The notes below the pieces were generated by a model. That model was not told the DNA's origin. It did not search any database and saw only the letters and a list, made by a program, of their open reading frames with translations. Below, one piece after another: positions 63,918 through 64,000 of a stretch of DNA of 64,000 nt (positions are counted from its first letter, which is position 1; each line of letters opens with the position of its first letter). The position numbers and the translations under genes are program-made. Location of the stretch: the NCBI RefSeq assembly GCF_006345805.1, contig NC_043011.1, positions 51,782,464 through 51,846,463 on the forward strand, in the 5' to 3' direction. This stretch comes from Octopus sinensis (Eukaryota).

Positions 63918-64000
63918 TATATATATATATAAAGAAGAGAGTAAAACAACCCAAAAACCCAGAAAAGAAAATGTTGCTGTCCCCTGCTCACTTCCATTTC

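Overview
AT-rich, repeat-saturated animal genomic DNA, most likely cephalopod (Octopus-like). This call rests on the tRNA-derived SINE families, the RTE/CR1/R4-Dong remnants and the extreme microsatellite load; it is recognition from memory, not a database result. I found no intact host protein-coding gene. Almost all ORFs in the supplied track are translations of (TA)n, (CA)n, (GAT)n, (TAG)n or (GAA)n repeats. Real coding signal is limited to decayed transposon fragments: R4/Dong-like, CR1-like, RTE, L2/Crack-like and I/Ingi-like LINEs, a mariner transposase, a hAT transposase, and a three-finger C2H2 fragment. Family labels SINE-A, B1, B2, D, E, PLE-1/2/3 are my own working names. The most notable observations are: (1) modular SINEs whose 3' tails match the 3' ends of LINEs present in the same window; (2) several hammerhead-ribozyme-like motifs in Penelope-like remnants, two hit at the catalytic G by the same CpG-type change; (3) a perfect 22-bp/16-nt-loop hairpin of pre-miRNA size; (4) a triple non-Kruppel C2H2 cassette; (5) template-switch fold-backs in a mariner; (6) a 45-bp target-site duplication. 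This is an interesting mobile-element ecosystem, but I cannot support a claim of a wholly new biological system. Element boundaries are approximate unless exact termini are quoted.
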